DNA of 64,000 nucleotides. Origin: Raillietiella orientalis (Eukaryota). This document shows, in pieces, positions 1 to 10,879 of this stretch (its first letter is position 1; every line of letters starts with the position of its first letter). A program made the position numbers and the translations under genes. The stretch is from NCBI GenBank assembly GCA_036172245.1, contig JAYWIR010000001.1, positions 8,060,001 through 8,124,000 on the forward strand. Reading direction: 5' to 3'. Under the pieces are notes generated by a model that searched no databases, was not told the DNA's origin, and saw only the letters and a list, made by a program, of their open reading frames with translations.

Positions 1-346
1 GCAAGGGCTCCCTCCCCCACCCGACCATCCGACCCCCTGCCGGCGCACGCACCGGAATTCCGGCTGCGCACCAAGCTCCTTTCATGTTGGAGCTCTAGCC
101 AGGTGGAAGCGTGGAACAGGTTCGCCTCCATGCTTCGCCCGGAAACAGCATATGTCTGTTCCAGGCTGATGAAGATGTTGGCAACCCGTCCCAGACGCTC
201 TGCCCAAACCTTAGCCAGCAACTTGGCGTCCGCATTCACTATTGTGATGGGACGCCAGTTGTTCATGCTCCTCAGATCTCCTCCCTTAGGGAGGAGCCGC
301 ACCTTTGCCGAACGAAACGAGGCGGGAACGTCACCTGTTTCGCGTA
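1..346 (-). pseudogene. E1 ORF2, RT subdomains 1-2a (continuation after a frameshift near 350-365; runs off the window edge)
   Basis: Translation VPASFRSAKVRLLPKGGDLRSMNNWRPITIVNADAKLLAKVWAERL...EQTYAVSGRSMEANL gives typical L1-clade RT motifs. Confidence 0.9.
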
Positions 347-1675
347 TCAGCAAGGTGAGTTGCTGTACCAGGGGGAAAGCTCAGCCGCGAAAGTTTGAAA
401 AAACTCCGAGGGCAGGCCGTCCTCCACTGGAGCCTTTCGCCTCTTGAGCTTTCCGATGGCCGAGAGGATCTCGTCCATCGTGAAAGGCTCGTCGAGGGTC
501 TTGCTCTGCTCCTCCCCGATCGCTGGAGCGCCTTCCGGAAGTAGGATTCGTGAGACGTTCCTCTCCGGAGGTGCCCTAGCATACAGGGAGGAGTAGTATC
601 TCCGCAGCAGGCCGCGGATTTGGGCAGGTGCCGAGTGCTCCTGGCCCCGATCGTCCAGTAAGCCGGCTGATCCGGACTGCCAGGCTTGTCTCTCGGCTCC
701 CGCTTTGTATTCCGCCAGCCTGCGGATGTCGGGGGTCCTGGCGTAGCGACGGGCCTGCAGGTAGGCTCGTTCGTTACGGACCCCGGTCCCAAAACCCGTA
801 GGTAAGCGGTGCAGAGGGAACTGGTCGCAGAACTCCTGGACCGACCGCTTGAAGCGGTCCCAATCCTGGAGTGTCCGCAGCCTGAAGCTCCGTATGAACG
901 TGCGGAGATGTTCCGCCGCGTCCGGGAGCTTCAGCCAGTCCCCTGGGAGACGCCACGCTGACGAGGGGGGGCCCCTGTCGCGCGGATGGATCTCGAGGAC
1001 TAGCGGGCGATGGTCGGACAGCTCGCACGGTAACTTGCCGCGCCTGCCCACGCGAGGGCACAGGTGCTCGTCAAGAAACACGTGGTCAATGCTGTCTTCC
1101 ATCCCCAGTGCACTGGCCAACAAATTACAGGTGTGCACCGCCATGCACACCTCGTTGACCAGGTCACGCCCGGGATTCTGCCCATCTGGTTTCAGGCGAA
1201 CGTTGAAATCGCCTGCAACCAGATGGGCATTCCGCACGCCTGCTTCGGTCAGCCAGTCTCGCCGGAGGGCAAGGAAAAACTCTTTCCTCGCCCTCCTGGA
1301 CATCAGGTCCTTGCCGCTCGGTGCGTACACGTTCGTGACGATCAGATCGATCGAGTCGGACCACCTGAGAGTCAGCTGGCCGACACGACCGTGATCGTCG
1401 AACCGCACGCCTCGAGCCACGGCCTCGACGGCTGGCCGAAGCAGGTAGGCGACACCGCAACTTTTCGCTCTCCCACACCTGTACCATAGCCGCCCTCCGG
1501 AGATCCGTTCGATCTCTTCCGCTTGTTCTGCAGAGATCACATGGATCTCCTGCAGCAGCGCAAGGTCGTAGGACTCCAGATGGGCGGATATGTCTCGTCT
1601 CCTGCCGGCGTCTGTCATGCCGTTCACGTTCCAAACGGCGATGCGCAGACGACGGCGGGAGGAGATTCCCGGCAT
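347..1675 (-). CDS. E1 ORF2 N-terminal part: APE-type endonuclease, linker and RT domain 0
   Basis: Motifs WNVNG, LQEIH, NVYAP, AGDFN, IDHVF, SDH, followed by PFTMDEILSAIGKLKRRKAPVEDGLPSEFF. Confidence 0.93.
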   Translation of the reverse strand: MPGISSRRRLRIAVWNVNGMTDAGRRRDISAHLESYDLALLQEIHVISAEQAEEIERISGGRLWYRCGRAKSCGVAYLLRPAVEAVARGVRFDDHGRVGQLTLRWSDSIDLIVTNVYAPSGKDLMSRRARKEFFLALRRDWLTEAGVRNAHLVAGDFNVRLKPDGQNPGRDLVNEVCMAVHTCNLLASALGMEDSIDHVFLDEHLCPRVGRRGKLPCELSDHRPLVLEIHPRDRGPPSSAWRLPGDWLKLPDAAEHLRTFIRSFRLRTLQDWDRFKRSVQEFCDQFPLHRLPTGFGTGVRNERAYLQARRYARTPDIRRLAEYKAGAERQAWQSGSAGLLDDRGQEHSAPAQIRGLLRRYYSSLYARAPPERNVSRILLPEGAPAIGEEQSKTLDEPFTMDEILSAIGKLKRRKAPVEDGLPSEFFQTFAAELSPWYSNSPC

Positions 1676-1689
1676 TACTGCTGGGAAGA

Positions 1690-3294
1690 TTAAGGTGTGG
1701 GGGAGCCCTCCTCTTGCGAGGCGGGCGGGATGTCCATGGGGGTTTCGGCCTTCTCAGGCACCTGAGGCACCTGTTCGGCCTCTACCCCCTCCATCCCCTC
1801 CGTGTCCGCGCGTGGGAGTCTCTCGGGCGACGTGTCCCGAGAGTTTCCCACGCTCATGGCACCCTCGCTTGCGGAAGCCATCTCTTCCCCTTCGACATGG
1901 GAGACGAGCTGCCTTGGCTTTGTGGACTTACGTCCAGCCTTCTTGCGCGGTGCCGTGGAAACGGAGGCTGCGCTTCCGGCCTCCACCTCGGGGTCGGAAG
2001 TGGGGGACTCCTGAGGGGAGGCCGGACGCCTTACGGCCTTCTTGCCAGCCTTGGAGGGTTCTGGCTGCAACAAGGCTGCCAGCTCCTCCGCGGCTCGCGC
2101 GAAGGCTACGTCATCGATGGTGGTGTCGATGACGGACGCCGCCGCCGGCTCGCTCCCCTCGCTGTTGACAGAGTCAACAGAGGGGTTGTCGTCGGTAGCG
2201 GCGAGTTCTTTTTCGCAGCGGTCGGGAATACGCTCGACGACAACGCTGCATTCTTTAATTTGCTCGCTTGCCTGCTGTTTTTTCTGGGGGTACGCGAGCT
2301 TTTTCTCCATCCTCCTCTCCTTCTTTGATTTTTTGGCCGTAACCACCTGCCACCCAGTCTCCTGACCGGCTCCCTCAACTTTTTCGGCGTTGGTCGCCGG
2401 GGTCTCGGTTGCGGCCTGGGTCTTGGGCGCGGGTGGCACAGCCTTCGCAGCAGCTTTTGCCGCCAGCGTTTTCTGCAGAAGCTGGGCGCGTTGTTTAAGG
2501 TTTCTCTTGGAAACCACCCGCACTGCTGCTTTTGGGCACACCTCCCTCGTGTGGCCCATTGTGCCGCATACTTGGCACTGCACTTTCGGACACCGCTTTT
2601 TGAGGTGGCCCGACGTATTGCAGAAGCCACAGTGTTTCCGCTTCCCCACATACCAGAGGTCGACGGTTTCGCCTTCGACCACCAGTTTGTGGGGAAGAGT
2701 GCAGCCGTCCCGAACGGTCACGCGCGCAGCAGTGAGGCCGTGTTGCAGCCCCGTGTAGTTCTCGAAAGGACTTACTTTCGTCCACTGCGCGTGGACCGTT
2801 CCGAACTGTTCCAAAGCGGCGCGAACCTGTTCTTTGCGCATTCGCGCGGTGACGCCTAACAGGTGGACCACCATGCTGCGGTCCGCCGTAGTGGGGAGGA
2901 GCCTGCGCGTCCCCATCACAACGGGGGTTTTAAGCAGTCGTTGGGCCAGCTCTGCATGTTTGCAGATGACCTCAACGTACTGACCCCCGCTGCGGATGGT
3001 CATAGCGCTGAGCTCCTCTTTCACATCGAGAGCGCGCATGCCCTTCGAGAAGGCGCGCGCGCTCTCTAAAGAAAATAAATTGCCTATTTTGTAGAACAAT
3101 GAGGGGTGGTACCCCTCCTCTACATAGGCCGACAATTCCGCCGCGGCTGCAGGCGATGGCGCCGACACAACGGCGCTCCACGCCCGCGCTGCAGCGGGGA
3201 CCGATTCTGTGGGGGCGGATGCCCCCACCTCCATCGCCTCTGGGGGCGAGGTTGCCGCCGCCCCCTGGCCATCCCTGGTGGTCGCGTCAGGCAT
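1690..3294 (-). CDS. E1 ORF1p, nucleic-acid chaperone with two CCHC zinc knuckles (likely start MPDAT at 3294, 534 aa)
   Basis: CGFCNTSGHLKKRC and CQVCGTMGHTREVC knuckles with a low-complexity C-terminus. The start aligns with the MPED starts of paralogs at 9148 and 15526. Confidence 0.9.
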   Translation of the reverse strand: MPDATTRDGQGAAATSPPEAMEVGASAPTESVPAAARAWSAVVSAPSPAAAAELSAYVEEGYHPSLFYKIGNLFSLESARAFSKGMRALDVKEELSAMTIRSGGQYVEVICKHAELAQRLLKTPVVMGTRRLLPTTADRSMVVHLLGVTARMRKEQVRAALEQFGTVHAQWTKVSPFENYTGLQHGLTAARVTVRDGCTLPHKLVVEGETVDLWYVGKRKHCGFCNTSGHLKKRCPKVQCQVCGTMGHTREVCPKAAVRVVSKRNLKQRAQLLQKTLAAKAAAKAVPPAPKTQAATETPATNAEKVEGAGQETGWQVVTAKKSKKERRMEKKLAYPQKKQQASEQIKECSVVVERIPDRCEKELAATDDNPSVDSVNSEGSEPAAASVIDTTIDDVAFARAAEELAALLQPEPSKAGKKAVRRPASPQESPTSDPEVEAGSAASVSTAPRKKAGRKSTKPRQLVSHVEGEEMASASEGAMSVGNSRDTSPERLPRADTEGMEGVEAEQVPQVPEKAETPMDIPPASQEEGSPTP

Positions 3295-3388
3295 CGCTGC
3301 CTGATCGACCACCGAACCACACGACGCTTGCACTGGGGGAGACTTCCTGGCACGAGGAGCACCGAGAAAACACGTCCGCCCTAGAGCG

Positions 3389-5248
3389 CACAAAGCATTC
3401 GATTGCGTAGACCAGGAATTCCTCTTGGAGCTCCTGGAGCGTCTTGGGCTTCCAAATAATGTCCTGTACTTGCGCTCCTGCTGGCGCCACGCGATTATCA
3501 ACTTCTATTTCAGTGGCTCCCGTGTGTACGGAGTGGCCGTGCGCAGAGGCATCAGACAGGGCGACAGCTTAAGGCCGTTGCTCTTCAGCATCTACTTTGA
3601 GTTGGTGCTAAAAGCGTACAGGCTGACGCTGGCCGTCTTGCCCAGCGCCTCTCCGTGCACTCCGTCCGTGGCAGCATACGCCGACGACCTTCTGCTTCTG
3701 TTGCCCATGTCTACTCCGCCGGACTCGGTCCAAGAGTTCTTCGAGGTGATCCGTCGTGGAGCGGGCATGAGCGTTAACAGGGTGAAGTGCTCCGTCGTGC
3801 CAGTGGGTGCGTCGTGGGAGGGACAGGCCGACTGGATCCGCCTGGGGATCCCCACGGTCAGGTACTTCAAGTACCTTGGCGTACCGTTGGGCGACTTCTG
3901 CTCGTCTGAATCGTGGTCGGCCTGTCTTCAAAAGGCAGAGATGGCTATAGGCCCGTTCCTGGAAGGCAAGTTCGTCTTGCCGGAAAGGGCATGCATATGG
4001 AACACTTGCCTTGCCCCCCTCCTCCGCCCCTTATTTTTTGTTTGCCCGCCTCCCTATGTGGTTAAACTCCGGGCGCAGCGTCTCCTACGTAAGGTCTTGT
4101 GGGGCGCTGCGCGATCCAGGGTTCGCCTCAAAGATTTGGTGGCGCCATGCCATGACGCAGGCCTGGGCATCCTGACCATCCAGAAGATTGGACTGCAAGT
4201 GCAGTTCCGGCTTCTATCCCTATGTGGGAAATTGTGGTCTAGTCACTGGTGTGCTCCGGCTCGCGATATTCTCCAGCGATGTGTCGGCAGTGCAGGATTG
4301 CTTTCGTTGCTGCCGCGCAACCTTCTCCGGAGAACTGGATTTGGCTACCCACTGAGGCACTTGTCCTCGTTGCTGTTAGCCCATTCCTGGATTTCCTGCC
4401 GCCCCTCCAATTGGAATGCTTGGCAGCAGGAAGCTCTGGAGCACTGGACGTCCACTTTGGATGTGCGCCCAGAGCAACTGCGACCCTTACAGGGCCTCTT
4501 ACGCCAACCGCTAGGAGTGATCCTACAGGACTGGTCGCTTTGGTCCCGGATAGTCGTCTCACCCATCGCCGCAGCGCTGTCTGCTCTCAGGGCAAACAAC
4601 GACAGTAGCCAACCGGCAAGGTGGGAGTTCTTCTGCAGCATTGCAGGAGTGAGAAGACTGCTGAGCGGCTGCAGAACGAGCGTGTTGGTAGACGCTGCCA
4701 CTCCTCGTTACCTGGCAAAGGGACTTCTTCGTTGGAGTGAGGTTCTTGGATTACTCCCCGAAGATCTCGTGGTCCCTTCCTTGTGTGTGGACAGCTCCGT
4801 GTTCCCGCTTCGATGGAAACAGGATGTTCTTCTTTTTCTGCACTGGGGATTCCAGTGCAATAAGCGCAGAAACTTGGTTACAGGGGGAGTCGTCTCCCCG
4901 AACTGCCTCAGGTGCGGGGCGATAGAATCGCTTACGCACCTGCTCCTAGAGTGTAGTGACTTGCGGGAGTTATGGCGGAGACTTGCTTCGGCACTTTGTC
5001 GTCCTGAGGACACTGCCACAGACCTGCTTCGACGCTTATTCAGCAAAGACGGACTGGATAAAGGCGCTCTTATCGCAACAATCTCTTGCATCCGCGCCAT
5101 CGTGATCGCCCGCCGTAGACTAGAAGGAAGCTCGCAGCGAACGGACGCCGCCAGAATCGCTGCGAACCTTATGAAAGCAGCTGTCAGGTGGCCTCATCTG
5201 CCCAGAAAAGTCTCCAGGGAAGTCGCGATTGTCAAACAGCGCTTCTAG
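3389..5248 (+). CDS. E1 ORF2 C-terminal part: RT subdomains 3-7, thumb and C-terminal zinc finger
   Basis: KAFD, GIRQGDSL, YADD, KYLG, AGLGI and CLRCGAIESLTHLLLEC in one uninterrupted frame. Confidence 0.95.
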   Translation, partial: HKAFDCVDQEFLLELLERLGLPNNVLYLRSCWRHAIINFYFSGSRVYGVAVRRGIRQGDSLRPLLFSIYFELVLKAYRLTLAVLPSASPCTPSVAAYADDLLLLLPMSTPPDSVQEFFEVIRRGAGMSVNRVKCSVVPVGASWEGQADWIRLGIPTVRYFKYLGVPLGDFCSSESWSACLQKAEMAIGPFLEGKFVLPERACIWNTCLAPLLRPLFFVCPPPYVVKLRAQRLLRKVLWGAARSRVRLKDLVAPCHDAGLGILTIQKIGLQVQFRLLSLCGKLWSSHWCAPARDILQRCVGSAGLLSLLPRNLLRRTGFGYPLRHLSSLLLAHSWISCRPSNWNAWQQEALEHWTSTLDVRPEQLRPLQGLLRQPLGVILQDWSLWSRIVVSPIAAALSALRANNDSSQPARWEFFCSIAGVRRLLSGCRTSVLVDAATPRYLAKGLLRWSEVLGLLPEDLVVPSLCVDSSVFPLRWKQDVLLFLHWGFQCNKRRNLVTGGVVSPNCLRCGAIESLTHLLLECSDLRELWRRLASALCRPEDTATDLLRRLFSKDGLDKGALIATISCIRAIVIARRRLEGSSQRTDAARIAANLMKAAVRWPHLPRKVSREVAIVKQRF

Positions 5249-5473
5249 AAAGATTAGGAATGTTTACTACCAAAGATCCCTGACCCCACCCTCCACTGTT
5301 TTTTTTTGTTTGTTCCCTTATGTTTTGTTTATTCTGCAGACCTCTCCCTCCGTTCCTTTCTTTTGGAAGGCACCCTGCGTGCCGGTGATCTTTCGGAACT
5401 GAACTTACTGTATGGGCGTTTCTTGTGTCTCGAAAGGATGAATTTGCCTTGAAAATTGTGGTTCGTTTTTACA

Positions 5474-5497
5474 AATAAACGTCCCGGCGCAACCGGG
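5474..5497 (+). terminator. Family 3'-terminal signal: AATAAA followed by hairpin CCCGG-CGCAA-CCGGG
   Basis: The same stem with a different loop occurs at 15402-15416 and 52392-52406, each after a T-rich 3'UTR. Confidence 0.7.
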
Positions 5498-5502
5498 TTC
5501 AA

Positions 5503-6829
5503 AACGCATCAGCGAGGAAAGGCTTAGAACGAGCTCCGCCGCGAAGCACTGAAAGAACTCCGCGGGCAGGCCATCCTCCCCAGGAGCCTTACGCCTCTTC
5601 AGGCCCGCTATGGCGGAAGATACTTCTTCCGCCGTGAAGGGCCAATCCAATCTGGCGCGTTCCTCCTCGTCAATAGCAGGGTTGCCCGTCGGAAGAAGCA
5701 GCTCGGAGAGACTGCGTTCCGTGGGCTCCTCCGCGTACAAAGAGGAGTAGTAGCGCTTGACTACGCGGTATGGCTTCGGCTGCATCCGAGCATTCCTGGC
5801 CAGCGTCATCGAGCAGACAAGCCGCTCCAGACTGCCAAACCTGGCGCTCGGCCCTGGCCTTGTACTCCGCCAGACGCCGGACGTCCGGGCATCGGGAGAA
5901 GGTACGCGCCTGCAGATAGGATCTGCTGTTCGCGACACCCTCCCCGAAGCCGCGGGGAAGCAGGTGCAAGGGGAACCGGCAGCAGAACTCGCGGACCGAT
6001 CTTTTCAGATCGTCCCAGTCCTCGAGTTCAGGATGGCGAAGCCCCGGATGTGTTGGCGAAGATGCTCCGCCGCCTCCGAATTGCTAAGCCAGTCGGCCGG
6101 CAACCTCCAGACATTCATCGGAGGCCCTTTGCCAGGCGGGAGGAGCTCGAACTCCAGTCTCGGATGATTCGAAATCGCGGACAGCAGGCGCCCTCTCCGA
6201 CCTACTCGTGAGAGCAGGTGTTCATCGAGGAACGCATGGTCCGGCGATCTCTCCATCCCGGGCTCACCAGCAAGCAAGTTTTGCACGCGCACGGACGCGC
6301 ATACCTCGCTCACCAGTTGCTTCTCCCTCAAGCGGCATTTCTCCTCAGTTAGCAGGTGGACGTTGAAGTCTCCTGCAAGGAGGTGCGCCACGTTAGGGCC
6401 GGAGTCAGCGAGCCAGCGGCTGCGCAGGCCACCCAGGAATGCAAGTCGCTGGGCGTAATGCCGGCCGCCGCTCGGCGCGTAGATGTTCGTAACGACCAGG
6501 TCGATCGATTCGGACCACTTGAGGACAAGTTGGCTCACACGACCTTCCTCGTCGAAACAAACGTCCCGCACCGCCTCCGCCACGCTGCCTCGGACGAGGA
6601 ACGCGATTCCGCACGTGTGCGCGGAGCCTTGCCGCCAGTGTAGCGTCCCGCCCGCGCGCTCTTCCAGATCCGATGCCTGCCGTTCTGAGATGCTATGTAT
6701 CTCCTGCAGCAGAACCAGATCGAACGCGCGCAAAGCCTTGGCTACCGTCCGCCTTTTGTCAGCACCACGTAGCCCGTTCACATTCCAACAGGCCACGCAG
6801 ACGCGACGAGCGGACGCGAGTCCACGCAT
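5503..6829 (-). pseudogene. E2 ORF2 endonuclease to RT domain 0, frameshifted and truncated
   Basis: WNVNGL, LQEIH, NIYAP, AGDFN, PDHAF, SNH, then WPFTAEEVSSAIAGLKRRKAPGEDGLPAEFF, spread over three frames. Confidence 0.88.
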
Positions 6830-8764
6830 CACTGCTGCGGACATGACGGCGTGCTCCTCGCCCCGTCCGGCGAGAAGTCAGCTGGTAGGAGAGCGGATTG
6901 GGAAGCGGAATCGCTCCCGTTCGCCGCCACATCGCGCCCAGCTGAGTCTTGGGAGCCGAGGATCATCGCCTCGGTCTCCGTGCAGGAACCGGAATCGCCA
7001 ACGGCAACAGGCTCGTGCTTTCGCACTTTAGCACGGCGCGCTACCTGCTTAACCCGGGATGCGCGCTCCATTTGTTTGCACTCGGACTCCACCTCGGAGT
7101 TCGAGTGCCTAGCGCGAGACTGGCGTTTTGCCAGTCTCTTTTTGTTTCGGCAGGTGGAGGCTTGCCCTGCCCGCGCGGGGGTCGTCACAGCCGCCAACGC
7201 AGCTTCCGGAGCTTTGGCTTCCGCAGCCTCCCTCTCGCGCGAAGCGACAGAGACAGAGCACGCAGCCGAAGTACGTTCCTGGGTGCGCACCTTCTTCGGC
7301 GTGCTTCTCTTTTGCCTCCCGCCCACCTTAAGGATGGGGAATATTGAAGGGTCAACCTTCTTCCCCTTTGTGGGCGTCCTGGAGACGCGAGTCCAGCCCG
7401 CGTCGGGGACGCTTTCCTGGGAGGCCGACGCCTCCCTCAATTGTTTGGCCGGAGATGCCGGCTCACGTTTCGCGCTCGCGACGGGAGACGGCTCCGTCCC
7501 CGTTACGCACTGCACCTGCTCCTTAGCCGATGCGGGCGAAACGGCGGTCATTGCCGTCGTCCCACGAGGCGCTATTGCAGCCTTCGCTGCTCGTGCCTTC
7601 GGCGTGGAAGACGTGATCTCCACCGCCGTAGGAGGAGACTGCCGTTCAGAGGCAGCACCGAGGGTACCCGCGCATGGTTTCCCGTGTGCTCCGCTGGACG
7701 CGCAAGCGGACGCGGACGGTTCAGCAGCCTTGATTGAGTGCGGGCCCGCACTCTTAGGCTGCTTCGAAGGGGGCGATTTGCCCCCAGGGCGACGTGGCAT
7801 GTTTCCCGTCTGCGCGGCTGTCTAGGATGGTGGCTTCCCTGAAGCAACCGCGCCCTTTTTCGCGGGACCGCCACTCGAATTTGCCCCGCCCTTCGCGCCC
7901 GATTTCTCCCGTGGCACAACGGGGGATCTTTTCGGCGCGGACGGGGTAGATTGTTGGCGGATTTTCGCCTGCCGCTTTCTCTTCAGCTCATCGCACTCTT
8001 TGATGGAGTGGCCGAGCTGTTTACAATAGCGGCAGTTGCGTAAAGGGAACGTCCACAGACGGTGGCTCTCTGCACCGCAAATGCCGCAAGCTGGTCGCTG
8101 ACCGGCAAATTTAAGGTGGACGATCGCATCGCCCACCTGCAAGTGCGGAGGCATTTGCCTCCTATCCGCCATGGTGACACGCGCCATGGCAAGTCCGCTG
8201 TGGAGAGATGCAATCCTTTTGATCGGATTGTCTCCTCTCCACAGCGCGTGCACCGTGGCGAATGCACTAAGTGCAGCGACGAGCATGCGGTCGGGCGTGT
8301 CCACATGGACGGCGGACAATCGACCACGAACGACTGGTCCATGGCCGACGGGACGACTTCCCGCGGATATTTAGCGGGCTTTGGAGAAGGCGCTGGACTA
8401 GGGATGCCTCTTTGCAGTGCACCTCCCAGTGTCCGAGCGCGTTAACCGGCATGACGGCCAGGAGGTCGTCCTGTCGGACCCCGACGCGCAAAAGCTCATC
8501 CCATAGATTTTCTCCGACCCCGTCGGAGATCGCAGCACTCACCGGATAGCAGAGCGCAGGCTTGTAGCCATGGGCTGCATATTCCTGCAGCTCCGCTTCG
8601 TCGGGCGGTGCTCCGTTGGCTGCCGCCGCCTTGACGACGGCGGCGAAGCTTCTCGCCGGTGGCGAGACACAAGAATCAGAGGCGGACCGGACATCTGGAG
8701 TAGAGTCTCCACTGCCAGCAGCAGCCTCCACATCCATCTTTTGCTGCAGGGGCTCCGTGGACAT
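6829..8764 (-). pseudogene. E2 ORF1 (divergent subfamily), disrupted
   Basis: RSFAAVV...GYKPALCY N-terminal block; knuckles CGICGAESH and CRYCKQLGHSIKEC; frameshift near 8340 and stop at 7822. Confidence 0.85.
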
Positions 8765-8845
8765 CCCAGTGGACGCACTCGGGCACACCTCACACAAGAA
8801 GACGGAAAGAAATCACGCTCGAGGAGCAACACAGAATACGTCCGT

Positions 8846-9045
8846 GCGGGCGTCGTCGTCGAGCGGATTCCCGCCATCGTCGAATGCAGCGCTAAAAAAC
8901 TCGCTGCTCCCGCTTCTCAACCCTCGGTTGACAAAGTCAACAAGGGAAGCGAGGCGGCGGCGTCCGTCATCGAGCCCACGATCGATGACTTCGCCTTCGA
9001 GCGCGCCACGGAGATGGCTGCCTCGTTGCATCCGGCCAGCCCAAG
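8846..9045 (+). pseudogene. Short ORF1 C-terminal fragment of an E1-type element
   Basis: VVVERIP...PSVDKVNKGSEAAASVIEPTIDDFAFERA matches E1 ORF1 VVVERIP...PSVDSVNSEGSEPAAASVIDTTIDDVAFARA. Confidence 0.85.
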
Positions 9046-9138
9046 GCCAGTTAGAGAACGTGTTTTTCCTTCACTCCTCAAAGAGTAGTAGGAAAGCGTT
9101 TTTCTTGTGTGGTGTTTTGTGTACATCGTCGGTGTCCA

Positions 9139-10879
9139 ATGGCCACGATGCCTGAGGACACCGCAATGGAGGTAGGCGCGGGGAAGGCTAGTTCGCCCCC
9201 ACAGCCTACTGGAGCAGGATCAGCCGCCCCGGAATCATCCCCGGCCACGCCGAGGACATGGAGTGCCATGGTGGCCGCGCCCAGCGCGGAAGCCATGGCG
9301 GAGATGGCCGCATACAAGGCCTCCGGGTACAAGCCATCGCTTGTCTACCAGGTAGGCAACTTGTTCGACGGTCGGAAAGCGCGCGCCTTTAGTAAAGCGC
9401 TGAAAGACGCGAACGTAATGGAGAAGGATCTAGACGGCCTCTCCGTCCTCAGCGGCGGGCAGAGGGTCGACGTGGTCTGCAAAGACGTCACCTTGGATCA
9501 CCGCCTAATCCATGCGCCGCTGAACGTAGACTGCCGGAAGATCCTGCCAGTGTCAATGGACCGCTCCGTGGTGGTCCACATGACTGGCATTACCAGCCGC
9601 ATGACGCGGTCAGCGGTTGGTGAAGAACTGCGCAAGTACGGTGAGGTGCACGCACTGTGCCCGAAACCCACCACTTTCGACGGCTCCGATAGCCTTTTTG
9701 GTGGTCAGGCTGCAGCGCGGGTCACCGTAAAGGAGAATTGTGGGCTTCCCCACAAACTGACGGTCGCGCAAGAAAGCGTGGACCTTTGGTACGTGGGGAA
9801 ACCACGATACTGCGGATACTGCGATCCCGTGGGACGCCTTCGTAAGAGGTGCTAACATCCAGTGCCACCTGTGCGGGGAGAAGGGCCACGTTCGGCGTGT
9901 GTGCCCGAAGCGCCCCACTCCGGTTCCCCCTGCCGCCAAACAAGCGCAGGGGAAACGTGTCTTGAAGGTCGCAAGACCTAAGGCGGAAAGTGTCCGGCAG
10001 AAGCTGCCAGAACCTCAACTTCCGGCGCAAAAGCCGGAAGATAAACCTTCCGAAGTAATGGAAGGAGAAGAGGGCTGGCAGCTTGTTGCCGCCAGAAAAG
10101 CCAAGGCCCATCCGCGAAGAATAAAGAGCGTAAGCTGGCGGGCAAATCAAAAAAACCCGGTCCGCGCTCAAAAACTCTGCGCGAGTGCACGGTGGCACTG
10201 GAACGAATCGTCGTTACCGAGGCTGCCACCCGGGGCGACGAGCCTCCCCTCGCCGTTTCCGCCGCGTCCGAGGTTCGCGACGGGAAACCCTCTGTTTACA
10301 CAGAGGGTGAGCCGCGCGACATAGCGGCGGTCGAAGCCGCGGATGCCCCGTTCGCGCAGGCAGCGGAGGAGCTCGCGGTCACGCTGGCCGACCGTGAGAA
10401 CCCCTCGCGCAAGGCCGTGCGAAGGACGGCTCCGACGAAGAAGGCCCCCACAGGTGAGTTAGACTTGGGGGCCGGAAGTACGTCCTCCTCCTCGGAGGCA
10501 CCCCCCAGGAAGTCGGGACGCATGTCCCAGAAGCCCAGGAGGCGCCTCCCCTCCACCAGCGAGGAGGAGAAGCAGGAAGGTAGCGGAAGCGTGGGAATCC
10601 CGGAGGGGGAACTCCCACACAAGCCGTCGAGCCGGCCACCCCATGGATGAGGGTGAACAGGGGGGTGAAGTCCCCCCTGCATGCGCCGACCCTGAACAGC
10701 CCGCCCCCATGGAGGAGGGCGAACAGGTAGGCGCGACCCCACCTGTGGGTGACCCGCTCGACGCGCCGTTACCTATGGAGGAGGGGGACCAGCTGCCTTC
10801 AGCACCTGACCCTCCTCCTCCACCTAGCGTCCCGCCCCAACAGGTGGCGGACGCCGCATCGCCATCTTCCCAGGAGTAA
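9139..10879 (+). pseudogene. E3 ORF1, frameshifted (element 5'UTR starts near 9050)
   Basis: RTWSAMV, GYKPSLVYQVG, LPHKL..VDLWYVG and knuckle remnants spread over several frames. Confidence 0.88.
10641..10810 (+). repeat. Imperfect 66-bp coding tandem repeat (PM[DE]EG[ED]Q, about 2.5 units) in the E3 ORF1 tail
   Basis: Unit ATGs at 10643, 10709 and 10775 give an exact 66-nt period. Confidence 0.8.

Larger units (their letters stand above)
1..5500. mobile_element. L1/Tx1-like non-LTR retrotransposon copy E1 with 5' inversion (5'UTR-ORF1-EN-RT N-half on minus strand 3388->1; RT C-half and 3'UTR on plus strand 3389->5500)
   Basis: The minus-strand ORF2 runs off the window at ...VGEGALA and the plus strand resumes at 3389 with HKAFDCVDQE. 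The unsplit paralog at about 13280-13340 reads GAFAVAIDLHKAFDCVDQD, so the two halves are complementary. Confidence 0.92.
5503..8845 (-). mobile_element. L1/Tx1-like copy E2, inverted 5' portion only (5'UTR, ORF1, EN, RT domain 0)
   Basis: 5'UTR motif GGACGTATTCTGTGTTGCTCCTCG near 8845, with ORF1 and EN homologous to E1. Truncated at ...LSSLMR against the E1 3' hairpin. Confidence 0.88.

Noticed and set aside
3340-3365. HDV-like ribozyme suggested by GC-TCCTCGT-GC in the 5'UTR
   Set aside because: No P1/P2 pairing could be built, and the putative P3 is not conserved in E3 and E4.
3295-3501. N-terminal 69 aa of the 603-aa ORF (1690..3501 minus)
   Set aside because: It crosses the inversion junction and is the antisense of RT plus 5'UTR; paralogs indicate the real start at 3294.
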